From a virus (taxonomy: Duplodnaviria; Caudoviricetes), in the IMG/VR virus record IMGVR_UViG_3300031853_000009, positions 32,001 to 96,000 of that record: DNA of 64,000 nt; one strand, 5' to 3'. The translations under genes were made by a program, and so were the position numbers. Positions 60,531 through 64,000 of this stretch are shown piece by piece; within the stretch, counting starts at the first letter, position 1, and each line of letters opens with the position of its first letter. The notes below the pieces were generated by a model that saw only the letters and a program-made list of their open reading frames with translations, had not been told where the DNA came from and made no database searches.

Positions 60531-61418
60531 TCATAGCGGAGGCTCTAATCTTCGCTTCTGGTCAAGAAGATCGAGCTGCTTTTCTTTCTCTTCCTTCGCT
60601 ATGCTCTGCGCTTCCCATTCCTGTATTGATAGAGTATTAGGTATAACCATAACCCCGTGTAGCCCTTGCATAGTACTCTTCGTTTCTACTTTATCACTAT
60701 ACCCTAACTTATTCATTGTCAAGTACTTAAACAAGACATTATTAAATCTGTCATTCTCAAGATTCTGCACCCCTTTAGTCAAGAAAAACGCTTCATACAT
60801 TGTCTGCCCTATCTCATACGCTTCTTTCATCTCTTCATAATCATGTACCCATCGCATCAGAGTACTTATGCTAATTTGAAACAAAGAAGCTATCTCTACA
60901 TCACTCTTCCCTTCCTTGCTTAATTTAATGTACAAGAGAGGATGTTTCCCTACATCGAATTTAGAACTAATGCCTCGACTGCTTTCATTAAGGGTAATGC
61001 TATAGTCTCTTTGCTCTCCTCGATCTTGACGTTCATGGCACTCTTTGACTCTAAAGCCTTCATATTGATCTTCCTTGCTTCTATCTTCGTCTTTCGATTT
61101 ACTTGCGTAATGCTCTCTTATAGTGTCCAATCGAGTCATTCCTACCATCCTCGAATGTACCGCACAAAGACTACTTCCTCTACAAGCATAACTTTTACAT
61201 CTCTCTCCTAAAGCAGATACATAAGCACAAAGCGAAGACTCTAAAGCAGAATCTTCGCTAGAACCGACACTGTAATCTTCTCGATCTCCTTTATAACGTT
61301 CTTGGCATTCTTTGACTCCAAAACCTTCGCTTTGATCTCTTCGAGGTCTTAGTAAAATTTTAGGTTTTGCTACTTTAGGCTTTTTTAATGTCTTCATATC
61401 GGTCCTCCTATAACTCAA
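60531..61418 (-). CDS. Terminase small subunit-like HTH protein with repetitive N-terminal extension
   Basis: LSKEGKSDVEIASLFQISISTLMRW..EMKEAYEIG..N.LGYSDKVE; upstream of terL. Confidence 0.65.
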   Translation of the reverse strand: MSYRRTDMKTLKKPKVAKPKILLRPRRDQSEGFGVKECQERYKGDREDYSVGSSEDSALESSLCAYVSALGERCKSYACRGSSLCAVHSRMVGMTRLDTIREHYASKSKDEDRSKEDQYEGFRVKECHERQDRGEQRDYSITLNESSRGISSKFDVGKHPLLYIKLSKEGKSDVEIASLFQISISTLMRWVHDYEEMKEAYEIGQTMYEAFFLTKGVQNLENDRFNNVLFKYLTMNKLGYSDKVETKSTMQGLHGVMVIPNTLSIQEWEAQSIAKEEKEKQLDLLDQKRRLEPPL

Positions 61419-61553
61419 CGCAGTGCTTTACTATATCGGTAAAATTTTCTATTTTACACATATATGTATATATTATTTCTTAGCTTATATCGATGCTATG
61501 ACCTATTATGACACTTTTTGACAATAATCGAATCGATGTTTTCGCAACCTACT

Positions 61554-62066
61554 TTAGCTTTGATTTCTGACCTTTTCTCCGCTATACTCTGCGATGTCTT
61601 GAATATCTATAGAAGCAGAATTAAACATCGTCTCGGAGAGCAGCTTAAGACATTTCTTATATTTAATTCGCTCAGGTCGGTCTAAAACTTCTTGTACTAT
61701 ACAAGAGTTAATATAGTCAGTAAGCCGAGTCTTCGATTCTAAAACAGAACCTTCGATAAGAGATACATTATGTGATACATTGTGAAGATTCTTATTTTGA
61801 CATTCTTTGACTCTAAAACTCTCGCTTCGATTTTCTTGATCTTTTTTGCTTTCGCTTTGACCTTCGATATATCGATTTTCAACTTTTTTCTTGCGCGGTG
61901 TTTCATATCGAGTTAAACAGCGTGATATGAACTTACGCACTTCCCGATGTACCTTGCTGTAGGTCATCTCCTCATCAGGAAAACAAAGTATATACCATAG
62001 TGCGAGGAGGTCATCTCGAATCCGTACTGAAGTATTTCTATGTCCGAGTCTTATCGTCATCTTCAT
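61554..62066 (-). CDS. Ribbon-helix-helix-like DNA-binding protein
   Basis: MKMTIRLGHRNTSVRIRDDLLALW resembles RHH_4-type N-terminus; RBS AAGGAG. Confidence 0.5.
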   Translation of the reverse strand: MKMTIRLGHRNTSVRIRDDLLALWYILCFPDEEMTYSKVHREVRKFISRCLTRYETPRKKKVENRYIEGQSESKKDQENRSESFRVKECQNKNLHNVSHNVSLIEGSVLESKTRLTDYINSCIVQEVLDRPERIKYKKCLKLLSETMFNSASIDIQDIAEYSGEKVRNQS

Positions 62067-62163
62067 TTCGATTCTCCTTTTATCGAGTTTATATCATTTC
62101 CGCAGTTTTAAGTTGCGTTTTAATCATTACGCAGCATATCGTCAAGATAAGCAAAGAGAGTCA

Positions 62164-62329
62164 TACAGCGTGCTTTGTACTCACGAGAATCGATTTTTCG
62201 TCTATGATGAGTAAAGAGCATCGTGTCATAGCAAGAGGCATCGTGTCATAGCAAGGGGCATCGTGTCATAGCAAGGGGCATCGTACAGCGCATTTTGTAC
62301 TCACGAGAATCGATTTTTCGTCTATGATG
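62164..62329. repeat. Two ~45-bp direct repeats (120-bp spacing) enclosing three 20-bp tandem repeats
   Basis: TTTGTACTCACGAGAATCGATTTTTCGTCTATGATG x2; GCATCGTGTCATAGCAAGRG x3 (62218-62284). Confidence 0.9.
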
Positions 62330-62574
62330 CGAAGGACACACCCTCGACGGCAGGGAAACGGCCCCATCTGGTCCAGAAAACTGCTATCATATAAGAGAAG
62401 TCAAGGAAAAATTGCTATGAATGTAGAGCAATCAGGCCAATAACTGCAAAGGGAAATGAAAAACTGCAATAAAACTGCAATAAAGTGTTACAATTTGACA
62501 CAAAAACAACAGAGATTGACAAGAAAACTGCAAGGAGTCAGGAAAAAATTACTATTTTTACTGCTATTTTTCTC

Positions 62575-62603
62575 TTGACAAGATGCAAGAAACCCTGTAA
62601 AAT
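62575..62603 (+). promoter_or_regulatory. sigma70-like promoter
   Basis: TTGACA-17bp-TAAAAT. Confidence 0.6.
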
Positions 62604-62661
62604 AAAGGGAAAATCAGTGAAAATTGTAATAGAGATGCAATTAAGTAAAAAGGCAGGATGA

Positions 62662-62820
62662 CCACCTATAGAGACAGCCTCTGGATGACCAGCTCTGGAT
62701 GCCCACCTATAGAGACAGCCTCTGGATGACCAGCTCTGGATGCCCACCTATAGAGACAGCCTCTGGATGACCAGCTCTGGATGCCCACCTATAGAGACAG
62801 CCTCTGGATGACCAGCTCTG
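62662..62820. repeat. 41-bp perfect tandem repeat x3.9
   Basis: CCACCTATAGAGACAGCCTCTGGATGACCAGCTCTGGATGC at 62662, 62703, 62744 and 62785. Confidence 0.95.
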
Positions 62821-63130
62821 TAAAGTTAGTTAATACTCTTTGACACTTTTGGACACTTTTTAGGGGTAATTTGTTGACAATAAATGACACTTTTGGACAC
62901 ATTTTTGTGACACTTTTTGACGGTTTTAGTGGTCTGGCTTTATCTGGTACTCCAGAGCATCAAAAGTGAAAATTAAAATCAAAAAAATCACTTGCTGGAA
63001 TACTAGGAAAATCGGGCATCTACGAACTTTTTGAAAGATTTTTCCGTTTTGAAAGTGGAAAAAGTGTCAAGTTGGCATGATGCTGGCAATAAAAGGAGGC
63101 AAAGCCAAAAACAAACACGGAGGGACGACA

Positions 63131-63237
63131 GAAAAAAACAAAAAAAGCTTGACGACAGACCGAAAACTTGTTAAGGTCTGGTCATGCTGAAAACGAGGCG
63201 AAACAAGAGACGCCTCCCCGATCCTTGAAAACTTGAG
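63131..63237 (+). promoter_or_regulatory. rrn-like early promoter with hairpin and boxA-like element
   Basis: A-tracts, TTGACG-17bp-TAAGGT (extended TG), GAGGCG/CGCCTC hairpin, GATCCTTGAAAACTTGA. Confidence 0.6.
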
Positions 63238-63332
63238 ATTTGCCGTGTACTACTCTTGACGCTTATCGGTACGCTGTATCGTTACCAGCGAGCGGCTATG
63301 GCACACGACAAATCTCAATACATAGCACGACA

Positions 63333-63625
63333 GCTTGCCAGCTTGCGTACCTTTTCCCATGTAGCAGATATGGATTGCTCGCTCGATGATATGCGCCAGA
63401 GATGCGCCGAGCAGAAACGCAAATCCCTGCACCAGGGAAAAGGGAAACAAGCCGGACAAACAAGCAAAATGCCGGTAACAATGACAGGAAAACCGGCGAC
63501 AGACAGATAAACCAGCTAAACTTGGCTTTCCTCTGCAACATGGGATTGCTCGTAACCAAAGATGCGCAAAGATGCCGGTTACGAAAAGCAAATTCCCTGC
63601 TTGCAGGGAAAACAAGGAAAAGCTG
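63333..63625 (+). ncRNA. Candidate structured RNA with two homologous long hairpin domains
   Basis: Shared GGATTGCTC..ATGCGC..AGATGC..GCAAAT(T)CCCTGC with different but complementary stems. Confidence 0.6.
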
Positions 63626-63693
63626 GAAAGCACAAAACAGACAGTCTTTCTTTTGGGCAATTCCGCCCATTTTTCAACCCATTGGAGGGTATT

Positions 63694-64000
63694 ATGGAAC
63701 GCGAAAAACTTATTAACGCTCTTTCTGAAGATGGTAAGAAGGCTTTAGCTGCCGACCAACGGGCAAGCCAGCTGGCAAGGATCGAAAGTGCCGCAGGCGT
63801 CCGTTTTGGAACAGTTCAGGATATGTATGTATTCCTGAAAAATGAAAAAATCTGGCCCCACGAAGTAAGAGCAGATTCTATTTATTCCGCGTTCAAACGC
63901 GGAAAGTTCACTGGGCGGGGCTGGGCTTGCCCTAGTCCGAGTTTTGACGATTTAACACCAGAGCGTCACGTCACCTTTGCCCAGGGCGGATGGGCGACTG
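63694..64000 (+). CDS. Hypothetical early protein, 3'-truncated by window
   Basis: GGAGG RBS; MEREKLINALSEDGKK... open to window end. Confidence 0.7.
   Translation, partial: MEREKLINALSEDGKKALAADQRASQLARIESAAGVRFGTVQDMYVFLKNEKIWPHEVRADSIYSAFKRGKFTGRGWACPSPSFDDLTPERHVTFAQGGWAT

Noticed and set aside
60416-60640. Plus-strand ORF MYQLRVKECH...
   Set aside because: Non-ATG start; peptide similarity comes from the DNA motif, not homology
62662-62820. CRISPR array
   Set aside because: Units are identical end to end with no unique spacers; no cas genes in the window
63250-63716. Four overlapping short ORFs on both strands
   Set aside because: No good RBS or motifs; region better explained by RNA structure; convincing ORF starts at 63694
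1-64000. Stop-codon reassignment or prophage boundary
   Set aside because: Dense long ORFs under the standard code using TAA/TAG/TGA; no integrase, att site or host housekeeping genes recognised

Overview
The whole window is part of a large tailed-phage genome, probably a long-tailed siphovirus, with no integrase, tRNA, rRNA or CRISPR seen. Plus strand, 1-16.8 kb: replication, recombination and nucleotide metabolism. This block has a Dam-like MTase, AAA ATPase, gp32-like SSB, RecA, 5'-3' exonuclease, endonuclease VII, ATP-dependent ligase, HU, a split SbcC plus SbcD, class II RNR with a mini-intein, a BRO protein and ThyX. Minus strand, 62-16.9 kb: packaging, head, tail and lysis. This block has TerS-like, C5 MTase, TerL with intein, portal, scaffold, P22-type capsid, neck, major tail, frameshifted tail chaperones, a 4582-aa tape measure, tail-tip proteins and a GH108 endolysin. 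A plus-strand two-gene cassette (nuclease-like + PAPS-reductase-like) interrupts the tail genes. 62-64 kb is repeat-rich and looks like a terminus or early-control region. Most notable: (1) the TerL intein carries a complete HNH endonuclease gene in a different reading frame, with its own SD; (2) a putative ~450-nt structured leader RNA with two homologous, covarying hairpin domains behind an rrn-like promoter/boxA; (3) a lysis cassette with a pseudo-receiver domain, a ferredoxin and an unannotated cationic peptide; (4) several promoter-driven sRNA candidates and dispersed motif families. All assignments come from motif recognition by eye, with no database searches.
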